A stretch of 26,858 nucleotides of DNA, taken from Stellaceae bacterium (GTDB lineage: Bacteria; Pseudomonadota; Alphaproteobacteria; ATCC43930; CGMCC-115725). A program made the position numbers and the translations under genes. Where the stretch lies: assembly GCA_041490725.1 (NCBI GenBank), contig JBGPTQ010000001.1:1-26858 (forward strand), in the 5' to 3' direction. Below are positions 1 through 9,910 of the stretch, piece after piece. Numbering within the stretch: position 1 is the first letter of the stretch; every line of letters begins with the position of its first letter. Under the pieces are notes generated by a model. It was given only the letters and a program-made list of their open reading frames with translations. It had not been told where the DNA came from and ran no database searches.

Positions 1-1
1 C

Positions 2-562
2 CCAACGCCCCGTGATTTTGCCGATGCCACCGCAGCCAGCGAGTCGGCGGCGTCGCCGATCACCGATGCGCGGCTGGGGCAGGCGCATGACTACAGGCGC
101 CGCAAGGCAGCAGGACGGGCGATGCCACGGCGTGCCGATATCGATCCGACCGAGATCCCGAAACTGCTGCCTGATGTCATGCTGGTCGATGTGCTGCCAG
201 AAGGCCGCTATCGCTATCGCCTGATCGGGACCGAAAACACCCAGGCGCAGGGCATGAACGCCACTGGCCGTTACCTCGACGAGGTCTTGCCCGGCCCGGA
301 ATACAAGGGCCACGTCATCGCCCTCTACGACGAATGCGTGTTCTCGCGCCGCGCCCTCTATTCGGAATGCCTGTTCATGTCGCCGCAGCAACGGGCGACG
401 GAACGCCACACCAAAGTCCTGTTCATGCCGCTAGCCGAGGATGGCGACACCGTCAACATGGTGTTCGTCATGCAGGTTTTTTTCTATATCGACCAGGCGA
501 CGCGCGAGCGGCACTTCATCGAAGCGCGGCCCTATAAAGAAATGGTGCACGTCCTGCTGTGA
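2..562 (+). CDS. PAS-domain protein (PAS_5/DUF1457-like), 5'-truncated by the window edge
   Basis: The frame of ORF 122..562 is open back to base 2. It reads ITDARLGQAHDYRRRKAAGRAMPRRADIDP...RYRYRLIGT, the typical PAS_5 pattern (L..YW..K.....P.R.DIDP; F/YRYRL.GT). There is no in-frame start before 122, so the true start is probably upstream of the window. Confidence 0.75.
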   Translation, partial: PTPRDFADATAASESAASPITDARLGQAHDYRRRKAAGRAMPRRADIDPTEIPKLLPDVMLVDVLPEGRYRYRLIGTENTQAQGMNATGRYLDEVLPGPEYKGHVIALYDECVFSRRALYSECLFMSPQQRATERHTKVLFMPLAEDGDTVNMVFVMQVFFYIDQATRERHFIEARPYKEMVHVLL

Positions 563-614
563 CGGCCGGGCTGTGCCACGCGAATTTTCCCCCCGGCATT
601 ACGAATACCATCGG

Positions 615-3079
<2,465 letters not shown>

Positions 3080-3080
<1 letters not shown>

Positions 3081-3475
3081 CACCGCGTTCCCTTCTCTAA
3101 GCGCAGCATCAGGCAGCCATTGGCGAGATGCCGGGCGGAAATCGCAAACGGCACCGGCGGCAACTCGATCCGGCGCTCGAAATTTCCGTACGGGATCTCC
3201 ATCCGCAGGATCCGCGCGTTCTGCAATTCGTGCGGCAACGGGCGCTCGCCTCTGACCACCAGGGTGCCGGTGTTCAAGGTCACCGTGATGCTGTCGAGCT
3301 CGACCCCGGGCAATGCGATCAGAATGGTCAGCGCGTCGTTGGCCTCGAAGACGTCGATCGGTGCCTCCCAGTGGGGCCTCCCGTGATGAAAGAATTGCCG
3401 GCGCAGGCGCTCGGCACGCTCCATCGCCGCGCAGGCATTGGCCCACATCATTGCATCGAGCTGGCGTTTCGGCAT
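3080..3475 (-). CDS. Hsp20/alpha-crystallin family small heat-shock protein, 131 aa
   Basis: WEAPIDVFE...IALPGV...GTLVVRGER...MEIPYGNFERRIELP...NGCLMLRLEK matches the alpha-crystallin domain. GGAG lies upstream of the ATG. Confidence 0.92.
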
Positions 3476-3519
3476 GATCGACTCCGCGCCGTCAACCGCC
3501 GGGGTTTCGGCGTCCCTTC

Positions 3520-3547
3520 ATATGATGATGAAAATGCCTGGTGGAAG
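3520..3547 (-). promoter_or_regulatory. Putative RpoH (sigma32)-type promoter for hsp20-lon
   Basis: The minus strand reads CTTCCA-N14-CATCATAT, against the sigma32 consensus CTTGAA-N13/14-CCCCATNT. It lies about 45 nt upstream of a small HSP gene. The match is only partial. Confidence 0.3.
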
Positions 3548-3571
3548 GAGCGTCGACCTTGCGCCGCGCTC

Positions 3572-4105
3572 TCAGATCGGGTGGTAGCGGATGCGGAAGG
3601 CGGCGCTCAACAGCGCGATCCCGAACAACAGCGCATAGGCTCCCAGCCACCAGGAAAGCGCCACGACCCCGGTGGCCGGTTGCACGAACAGCACGATCCC
3701 TAAGAGGATCGAGACGAGGCCGCTCACCACCAGTAGCCACTCGCCGCTGATCCGGATCAGGGCGATCCCTGCGGCCATCAGCGCGACCCCGGTGATGACC
3801 GCCCACAAGGCGATCAGGTAGATCAGCGCGACCAGCACCGGTCCCGGCCAGGCAAACACGACGACGGCTATAATGATGTTGAGGATGCCTTCGAGCAGCA
3901 AGGCGCCGGAGCGGCCATGACGGCGCGCCGCGAGCAGCGCGGCGACGAGCGCGAGGATGCCGTCGACCAACGCGTAGACCCCGAACAGCAGGACCAGCGC
4001 CGCCGCAGTGATTCCCGGCCAAAAGAAGGCGATGATGGCGAACAGAATCGCCACGACACCGCGCAGCGCCAGCGCCCACCAATTGCCGATCAGGATAGCC
4101 GCCAT
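3572..4105 (-). CDS. HdeD/DUF308 family membrane protein, 177 aa
   Basis: NWWALALRGVVAILFAIIAFFWP start and repeated hydrophobic helices (LVLLFGVYALVDG, WLLVVSGLVSILLG, WWLGAYALLFG). GGAG is 7 nt before ATG 4105. Confidence 0.9.
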   Translation of the reverse strand: MAAILIGNWWALALRGVVAILFAIIAFFWPGITAAALVLLFGVYALVDGILALVAALLAARRHGRSGALLLEGILNIIIAVVVFAWPGPVLVALIYLIALWAVITGVALMAAGIALIRISGEWLLVVSGLVSILLGIVLFVQPATGVVALSWWLGAYALLFGIALLSAAFRIRYHPI

Positions 4106-4127
4106 CGCCGTGCTCCGCAACGCTCAC

Positions 4128-4666
4128 TTAGGGTTTGGCGGATTGCCCGGCGAATTGCCCAGCGTAGCCTTTTGCTGGTGTTCCAAACGTTACCTCAAAT
4201 ATAACTTGGCAGATTGCCATCCCTGCATCGAGAATGATGTCATACGGGCCGAGATTAAACATTTCTAGTTGAATCTGACCGGTGAATCCGGCGTGTATTG
4301 TCGGCGCCGTCATGTGAACCATCATTCCTAGCCGCGCCAATCCACTTTTCTCTTCTACCCTCGCGGCGATACGGGAGGTATAAGGAAGAATGACGGTTTC
4401 GCGAGTCCATGCCAGAAGAAGCGACCGCGACTTAAAATGGAAACCATTCAAGAAACTCTCTGCTTCCTTGCCTCTAATTGTGCATAACTGTAGCCTGTTG
4501 CGCCAGGTTGTATCGGTTGTCCTGGAAGGTCCTTCCAAATTTCGCCAGGCTCGTCGAGAGTTAGATCAACACTTGTGGAACTATAGGCGTCGGGCGGCGG
4601 CGCCGGAGTGATCGTAATTTGCTCACTTGCGATGAAAATTTGAATTTCGCGATCGGTGAGAATCAT
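4128..4666 (-). pseudogene. dcd: dCTP deaminase (trimeric dUTPase fold) split by a 1-nt frameshift
   Basis: Frame 1 gives MILTDREI...YSSTSVDLTL and stops at 4448-4450. The -1 frame continues LLAWTRE...ARVEEKSGLARLGMMVHMTAPTIHAGFTGQIQLEMFNLGP...ICQVIF. The span is 539 nt, one base short of a 179-aa gene. A real lesion cannot be distinguished from a sequencing error here. Confidence 0.88.
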
Positions 4667-4696
4667 TTGAATCTCAGCGGCTCGGTGAGCCGGCAG

Positions 4697-4933
4697 TTAA
4701 GCTATCGCTGTTTTAGGAACCCACACCCTCCATCGGCCGGAAAGGGTCTCGCGGGGAAGCTCGACCAACACTTGGTCATCCTTCTCGCCGATAAAACCAG
4801 CCTCAACGCTATCGGCTGTTGCCTGGCTAGTGTGAACGACGACCTCTTCGGTCCCTGTTGACGTCGGGATCGTGACAACCGCTTCCGAGGGGATCGATCC
4901 CGCCTCCCGTCTGGTTATCCTGATTCTCAGCAT
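4697..4933 (-). CDS. Hypothetical 78-aa protein, predicted beta-rich
   Basis: ATG 4933 has a strong SD (AAGGGAGGGG) and the stop is TAA. It is co-oriented with dcd, 30 nt upstream of it, within the low-GC tract. Confidence 0.75.
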   Translation of the reverse strand: MLRIRITRREAGSIPSEAVVTIPTSTGTEEVVVHTSQATADSVEAGFIGEKDDQVLVELPRETLSGRWRVWVPKTAIA

Positions 4934-5012
4934 TGCCCCTCCCTTCCTCTATCTAATCCTATCATCTCGCATGTTGTAGCTAAGATCAATCATAATCACC
5001 ATATTTTGATAT

Positions 5013-5027
5013 GTTCCGGCTTTGTTC
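5013..5027 (-). promoter_or_regulatory. Alphaproteobacterial LexA (SOS) box, GTTC-N7-GTTC
   Basis: Plus strand GTTC-cggcttt-GTTC (minus strand GAACaaagccgGAACa) is an exact match to the alphaproteobacterial LexA direct repeat. It sits in AT-rich intergenic DNA 80 nt upstream of ATG 4933. Confidence 0.7.
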
Positions 5028-5207
5028 CAAAAATTACCCGCATCATCTTGATAATGCAATCAGATTGGCTGCGTGGGTCTACTCGCCTCGCAAAGCGCGA
5101 TATTAGTTGTCGCGCTCGCTTCCCTCTGCCGCCTCGGGCCGGGTTGGCTATTTGCGGACGGCGCGAAACCGGTTATCAGCGTGGCCGCGGCAATTGGCGA
5201 GGCTGAC

Positions 5208-6053
5208 GTGGCGTTGATCAGCGAAGCGACGGTGGCATTTGTCGAGGGGATCGCGGCGGAGGCCGAACGGGTTGAGACGCCGTGCGGCGAGGGTACGATG
5301 GTCTGGCGCTGCTGGGGCAGCGGCCCGCCGCTCGTGCTGCTGCATGGCGGCTATGGCTCGTGGACGCATTGGATCCGCAACGTGCTGCCGCTGGCGCGGC
5401 AATTCACCGTCATCGCCGCGGATCTGCCCGGCCTCGGCGAATCGGCGACGCCGCCTGAGCCGTGGACCGCCGAGGGATTGGCGGCAATCGTCGTCGAGGG
5501 TCTCGACATCGTGCTGCCGCGCGGCGGGCGGATGCATCTCGCCGGGTTCTCCTTCGGCGGGGTGATCGGCGGCAATGTCGCGGCGCAGCTCGGCGACCGG
5601 CTGCGCGGCTTCACGGTGGTCGGTTCGAACGGGCTCGGGCTCGAGCGCTCGCCGACGCCGCTGCGGCGGGTCGCGCCGGGCGCCACCGACGAGGAGGAAT
5701 TAGCCACCCACCGCTACAATCTGAACCAGCTGATGATCGCCGACCCAGACAGAATCGACGAGCTGGCGCTCTACCTGCAGAAAACCAACCATGCGCGCGC
5801 CCGCATGCGCAGCCGGCGGTTTTCGCGCTCCGGCGCGCTGGTCGAGGCGCTGCCGCGAATTACCGCGCGGCTCGATGGCATCTGGGGCGAACGCGACGCG
5901 ACCGCCTATCCCCATCTCGATGAGCGCGCGCGGATTCTGCGCAGTTTTCAGCCCGCGGCGCGTTTTGCCGTGGTGCCTGGAGCCGGGCACTGGGTCCAGT
6001 ACGAGGCGGCCGACCGGTTCAACGCGCTCATCGCCGAATTCGCCGCCGGCTGA
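5208..6053 (+). CDS. Alpha/beta-fold hydrolase, 281 aa
   Basis: PLVLLHGG oxyanion motif, nucleophile elbow GFSFGG, acid residue in WGERD and His in GAGHWVQYE. Start set at GTG 5208 after GGCGAGG. Confidence 0.9.
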   Translation: MALISEATVAFVEGIAAEAERVETPCGEGTMVWRCWGSGPPLVLLHGGYGSWTHWIRNVLPLARQFTVIAADLPGLGESATPPEPWTAEGLAAIVVEGLDIVLPRGGRMHLAGFSFGGVIGGNVAAQLGDRLRGFTVVGSNGLGLERSPTPLRRVAPGATDEEELATHRYNLNQLMIADPDRIDELALYLQKTNHARARMRSRRFSRSGALVEALPRITARLDGIWGERDATAYPHLDERARILRSFQPAARFAVVPGAGHWVQYEAADRFNALIAEFAAG

Positions 6054-6077
6054 GGGTGCGCGTCGCTGCGCTCCGGC

Positions 6078-6713
6078 TCACCCGTGCGACATCGGCACCA
6101 CCAGCAGGTAGCCGTTGAGGGTCAAGAGGACGCCAAAGACGGCGAGAATGCCGCTCAGCCCGAGCAGAAAAGGCGAGGCCGCGACGATCGCCACCGAGCC
6201 GAGCACGATGGCGATCTGGAGTGCCGCTTCGGCGTATTCGAAATTCGGCGTCTGCGCCGCCGCGTGGTCGCGCTTCGCTCCCCATTCCTCCGCCGTGGCG
6301 AGCAGCTCTTTCTTGCCCTCGCCCTTCATACCGGCCTTCTTCGGCGGCTCGCTCTCGTAGCGCGCCGCCGTGTCGCGATAGCGTTTGACCAGTTCGCCGA
6401 CCTTGGCGAGGTGCTCGGGCGACAGGCCCGGCGCGCCGGCGGCGAGCAATTCGAGCTCTTCGGCAGCAGTTTGGTAATGAATCTGGCGGATATATTTTGC
6501 CTGATAGAAAGCCCAGGTGTCCGACGCGTGGATATTGGCGTTCAGCATTTCCTTCGTTGCATCGGCCCCGCCGAGCGCGGCGATCGCCAGCAGCATCGCG
6601 GTCACGCCGACATAGATCGCCGTGAGCCGGCGGAACCAGTCATGGGTCGGGGCGGCGTGAGCATGGCTTTCCGAGTCTTCATGGATCTGCTCTGCGATCT
6701 CGTGCGCTTCCAC
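6078..6713 (-). CDS. DUF4337 family membrane protein, 211 aa
   Basis: His/Glu-rich N-terminus, TM helix, ASDTWAFYQAK motif, and C-terminal F.YAEAALQIAIVLGSVAI with TM helices. GTG start with AGGGGG upstream. Confidence 0.82.
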   Translation of the reverse strand: MEAHEIAEQIHEDSESHAHAAPTHDWFRRLTAIYVGVTAMLLAIAALGGADATKEMLNANIHASDTWAFYQAKYIRQIHYQTAAEELELLAAGAPGLSPEHLAKVGELVKRYRDTAARYESEPPKKAGMKGEGKKELLATAEEWGAKRDHAAAQTPNFEYAEAALQIAIVLGSVAIVAASPFLLGLSGILAVFGVLLTLNGYLLVVPMSHG

Positions 6714-6898
6714 TTCTGCCCCCTCTACTCTATCTAAAGATCAGGATGGCTTCTCCCGAAGACTATTGTTCGAGGCTGGAATCCGCTCGACCGGAGTCGG
6801 CAGACACTCTAGCATGCGCGCCTTGTCGGCCGCGAGGGTGCGGCGCCGTCGCCGGTCGGCTGCCCGGAACAGGGAGACGGGGTCAGAAATAATCGCCG

Positions 6899-7510
6899 AT
6901 GGATATCAATCAGCTCATTGCGCATAACGGCGCCTATTTTTACATCATCGTCGCGGTCTGGACCTTTCTCGAAGGCGAGACGGTGGTCATCTTCGCCGGG
7001 TTCGCCGCGGCCCAGGGCCTGGTCGACCCGCTGCTGCTGCTGATCGCAGCCTGGCTCGGCAGCTTTTCCGGCGATCAGTGCTATTTCTGGCTCGGCCGCC
7101 ACTTCGGGGTCAAACTGCTCGATCGCTTCCCGCGCTGGCACCACGGTGTCGATGGCCCGCTGCGCTGGCTCGAACGCTACGATGCCGGGTTCATCTTGTC
7201 GTTCCGCTTCATCTATGGCGTGCGCAATTTCTCGTCGTTCGCGTTGGGGCTGAGCGCGGTTCGGTGGGATCGGTTTTTGCGGCTGAACTTCGCCGCCGCC
7301 GGGCTGTGGGCGGCGTGCTTTGCCGCGGTCGGCTATTTCCTTGGTCATGCCTTCCGCGCCGTGCTCGGCGACCTCGCCCGCTCGTTCAGCCTGGTGATGC
7401 TCGGCGTGTTCGTCGCGATCGGCGCCGGCATGTGGGCGCTGCATCGGCTGCAGCGCCGCCGCCAACTCAGGGTTCCGCGGGGCGCTGACGTGGTGCTCCC
7501 GCCGACCTGA
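6899..7510 (+). CDS. DedA family membrane protein, 203 aa
   Basis: FLEGETVVIFAGFAA, GSFSGDQCYFWLGR and SFRFIYGVR are DedA motifs (F..GE, GD...F..GR, RF..G.R). Confidence 0.92.
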   Translation: MDINQLIAHNGAYFYIIVAVWTFLEGETVVIFAGFAAAQGLVDPLLLLIAAWLGSFSGDQCYFWLGRHFGVKLLDRFPRWHHGVDGPLRWLERYDAGFILSFRFIYGVRNFSSFALGLSAVRWDRFLRLNFAAAGLWAACFAAVGYFLGHAFRAVLGDLARSFSLVMLGVFVAIGAGMWALHRLQRRRQLRVPRGADVVLPPT

Positions 7511-7518
7511 TCGCGGCG

Positions 7519-8247
7519 CTACCCGAGGATTTTGATTTCGCTTGCGACGGCGAGGCCGAGCGCCCGGTCCGCGCGCCCGGCATTGACCGCGATCTCAACG
7601 AGGCCGTTCGAATTGACGTACCAGAACGCCTCGCCGCTCGGCATGGAAGCGAAGGTCTGCGCATGGCTGATGCTGTGCCCGCCGGCGGCGAGGCGCGCGG
7701 TCGGGGGCAGGCAGGCGCCGCGCAGCCCGGTCAGCGCATTGCCGTAATGATCGATATAGACGATCTCCGCCAGATCGTCGGGCCAATCGGGGTATCCAAG
7801 CGGCATGGCGCGGCTGGCCAGCGCCGAGGGCGGCTCGCCCTGCGCCAGGCGCCCCGCTACCGGAGCGAACAGGTCGCGGCCGTGAAAGCTCGCCGACAGC
7901 GCCGGTGGCCGCCAGCTGATCTCCCAAGAGCGCGGGCTCGCGGCGTGGCGCAGCACCAGCTCGAAGAGGCCGTTGTCCGGCCCGACATAGAGGCGGCCCG
8001 CGGCCTCGGCGATCAACCCGCGCCGCTCGCTGCCGACCCCGGGATCGACCACGCACAGCAGCACCGTCCCCGCCGGAAACCACGCGGCATAAGCTGCCAG
8101 CAGATAGGCCGCAGGCTTGGGCCGTCCCGCCGGGGCATCGGCAAAAAGCTGGATCACCGGCACCCCAGGCGCGGTCTCTTGCAGGACCGCATTGACTTGG
8201 CCGGTATAGGGGCCGGCGAGGCCGAAATCGGTGAACAGCACGATCAT
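7519..8247 (-). CDS. SAM hydroxide adenosyltransferase (DUF62; chlorinase/fluorinase superfamily), 242 aa
   Basis: MIVLFTDFG, VVDPGVGSERR, GPDNG, SFHGRDLFAP, YIDHYGN, NSNGLVEIAVN. The Asp/Arg/His set typical of the hydrolase branch is present. Confidence 0.9.
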   Translation of the reverse strand: MIVLFTDFGLAGPYTGQVNAVLQETAPGVPVIQLFADAPAGRPKPAAYLLAAYAAWFPAGTVLLCVVDPGVGSERRGLIAEAAGRLYVGPDNGLFELVLRHAASPRSWEISWRPPALSASFHGRDLFAPVAGRLAQGEPPSALASRAMPLGYPDWPDDLAEIVYIDHYGNALTGLRGACLPPTARLAAGGHSISHAQTFASMPSGEAFWYVNSNGLVEIAVNAGRADRALGLAVASEIKILG

Positions 8248-8369
8248 CCGATGACTATGGCGCCGCCATGCTCGCCGCGGCAAGCCGGCCGGCGCCGGGC
8301 CGTTCTTGCAAATAATGGCGGTTTGCGTATCGTCGCGGCCGGTGGGGAGTTTAGCTTTGGGGGAAGATT

Positions 8370-8807
8370 ATGAAGAAGATTGTCCTGATCGCTGCGCTGG
8401 TCGCGGCGGCGGCGCAGCCCGCTTGGGCGGCCAGCAAGGCGACGAGCAGCTGCATGTCGCCGAGCGCGATCGAGGCTCAGGAGGCGATCCGCTACATGAC
8501 CGATCTGATGATCGTCAGCTCGGTTTGCCAGGACACGATTTATGCCGAGTTCCGGTTACGCAACAGGGACGCGATCTTGGGGTATCAGAAGGCGCTGATC
8601 GCGCATTTCCATGGCGCCGCGGGGTTCGACCGCTGGAACACCGCGCTCGCCAACCAGGCGGCGCAGAAGCAGTCAGGCAACCAGCTGATCTGCCAGCAAT
8701 CGGTGGCGCTGTTGCAGCAGGCGCGCGGATTGGACACCAAGGGTTTCCGGGCCTTTGCGGCGGCCCAGGCGGCGGCCAACACGCAGGCCGTCAAATGCGG
8801 AAAATAG
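8370..8807 (+). CDS. Secreted hypothetical protein with 4 Cys, 145 aa
   Basis: Sec signal MKKIVLIAALVAAAAQPAWA, SD GGGGAAG, and a helical, host-like composition. Confidence 0.8.
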   Translation: MKKIVLIAALVAAAAQPAWAASKATSSCMSPSAIEAQEAIRYMTDLMIVSSVCQDTIYAEFRLRNRDAILGYQKALIAHFHGAAGFDRWNTALANQAAQKQSGNQLICQQSVALLQQARGLDTKGFRAFAAAQAAANTQAVKCGK

Positions 8808-8913
8808 CGCGCTGAGCGCGGTGCGGGCCGGTTTTGCAAGGCGGGGCAGAAGTGATGTCCCGCCTCGCATCAACTGCGCTACAGTGGGCCAAATATCCAA
8901 ATAGGAGGACGCA

Positions 8914-9897
8914 ATGGCCCGGATCGTCCTTGGGATGGGCACCTCGCACACGCCGATGCTGAACGCGCCGCCGACCGATTGGCCGCGCTTCATCGAGCGC
9001 GATTCGCGGCGCGACAATCTGCTCGATGTCGAGGGGCGGCTGACGACCTACGAGGCGCAGCTCAAGCACGCGCCGCCGGGCATCGCGGCGGAAATCACGC
9101 CGGAGCGGATGCAGGCGCGGCACGGTGCCGTGCAGGGGGCGATCTCCCGCCTGGGCGATTTCCTGCGCGAGGCCAGGCTCGACGCGCTGATTGTCGTCGG
9201 CGACGACCAGGACGAGCTGTTCCACCACGACAACATGCCGGGCATCCTGGTCTATTACGGCGAGACGATCCCCAATGTGCCGCTGGCACCCGTGGCGGAG
9301 CCCAATTGGGGCTGGCGGGCGACGGCGCGGTGGTACGAAGAAAAGGAGCCGCGCGATTACCCGGTCGATTCCGCTCTCGCGCGCCACCTGATCGACGCGC
9401 TGATCGAGCGCGAGTTCGACATCGCCGCGGCGAATTCGGTGCCCGAGGGCGAGGGCGAAGGCCACGCGATCGGCTTTGTCCACAAGCGGATCATGCAAGA
9501 AATCGTGCCGATCGTGCCGGTCTGCATCAACACCTATTATCCGCCGAACCAGCCGACGCCGCGGCGCTGCTATCGGCTCGGGCAAGCGATCCGCGCCGCG
9601 GTCGAAGCCTATCCGGGCGACGCGCGAATCGGCATCATCGGCTCGGGCGGCCTGTCGCATTTCGTCGTCGACGAGGCGCTCGACCGCGGTCTCTTCGACC
9701 TGTTCCGCCGCAAGGACACCGCGGCGATCGAGGGATTGCCCCGCGAGAAGCTCAATTCGGGCAGCTCGGAGATCCGCAACTGGATTTGCGTCGCCGGCGC
9801 GGTCGAGCACCTTTCGCTCGAATGGTCGCTCTACGAGCCGGGCTATCGCACGCCGGCCGGCACCGGCACCGGGCTCGGCTTCGCGTTCTGGTCGTGA
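8914..9897 (+). CDS. LigB-type (class III) extradiol ring-cleavage dioxygenase, DesZ/LigZ-like, 327 aa
   Basis: MARIVLGMGTSHTPML (metal His), VVGDDQDELF, HAIGF, GSGGLSHF and SGSSEIRNWI (metal Glu). SD AGGAGG. Confidence 0.9.
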   Translation: MARIVLGMGTSHTPMLNAPPTDWPRFIERDSRRDNLLDVEGRLTTYEAQLKHAPPGIAAEITPERMQARHGAVQGAISRLGDFLREARLDALIVVGDDQDELFHHDNMPGILVYYGETIPNVPLAPVAEPNWGWRATARWYEEKEPRDYPVDSALARHLIDALIEREFDIAAANSVPEGEGEGHAIGFVHKRIMQEIVPIVPVCINTYYPPNQPTPRRCYRLGQAIRAAVEAYPGDARIGIIGSGGLSHFVVDEALDRGLFDLFRRKDTAAIEGLPREKLNSGSSEIRNWICVAGAVEHLSLEWSLYEPGYRTPAGTGTGLGFAFWS

Positions 9898-9910
9898 AGG
9901 AATAGCCGCC

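Larger units (their letters stand above)
4121..5070. other. Low-GC horizontally acquired insert
   Basis: Hand-counted 60-nt rows gave 4141: 52%, 4201: 47%, 4441: 42% and 4981: 33% GC, against about 70% in a flanking row (601). There is no integrase or terminal repeat, so the boundaries are approximate. Confidence 0.75.

Noticed and set aside
3081-3446. 122-aa N-terminal extension of Lon in the ORF track
   Set aside because: It overlaps hsp20 in another frame. The SD and the TGATG coupling support a start at 3080.
5094-5116. AGCGCGA-N9-TCGCGCT hairpin near the right edge of the low-GC insert as a transposon end
   Set aside because: There is no matching sequence or target duplication at the left edge, and a 7-bp GC-rich stem can arise by chance.
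7519-8247. Calling this gene a fluorinase or chlorinase
   Set aside because: It retains the Asp/Arg/His residues (VVDPG, ERR, FHGRD) of the SAM hydroxide adenosyltransferase branch, and there are no halometabolite genes nearby.
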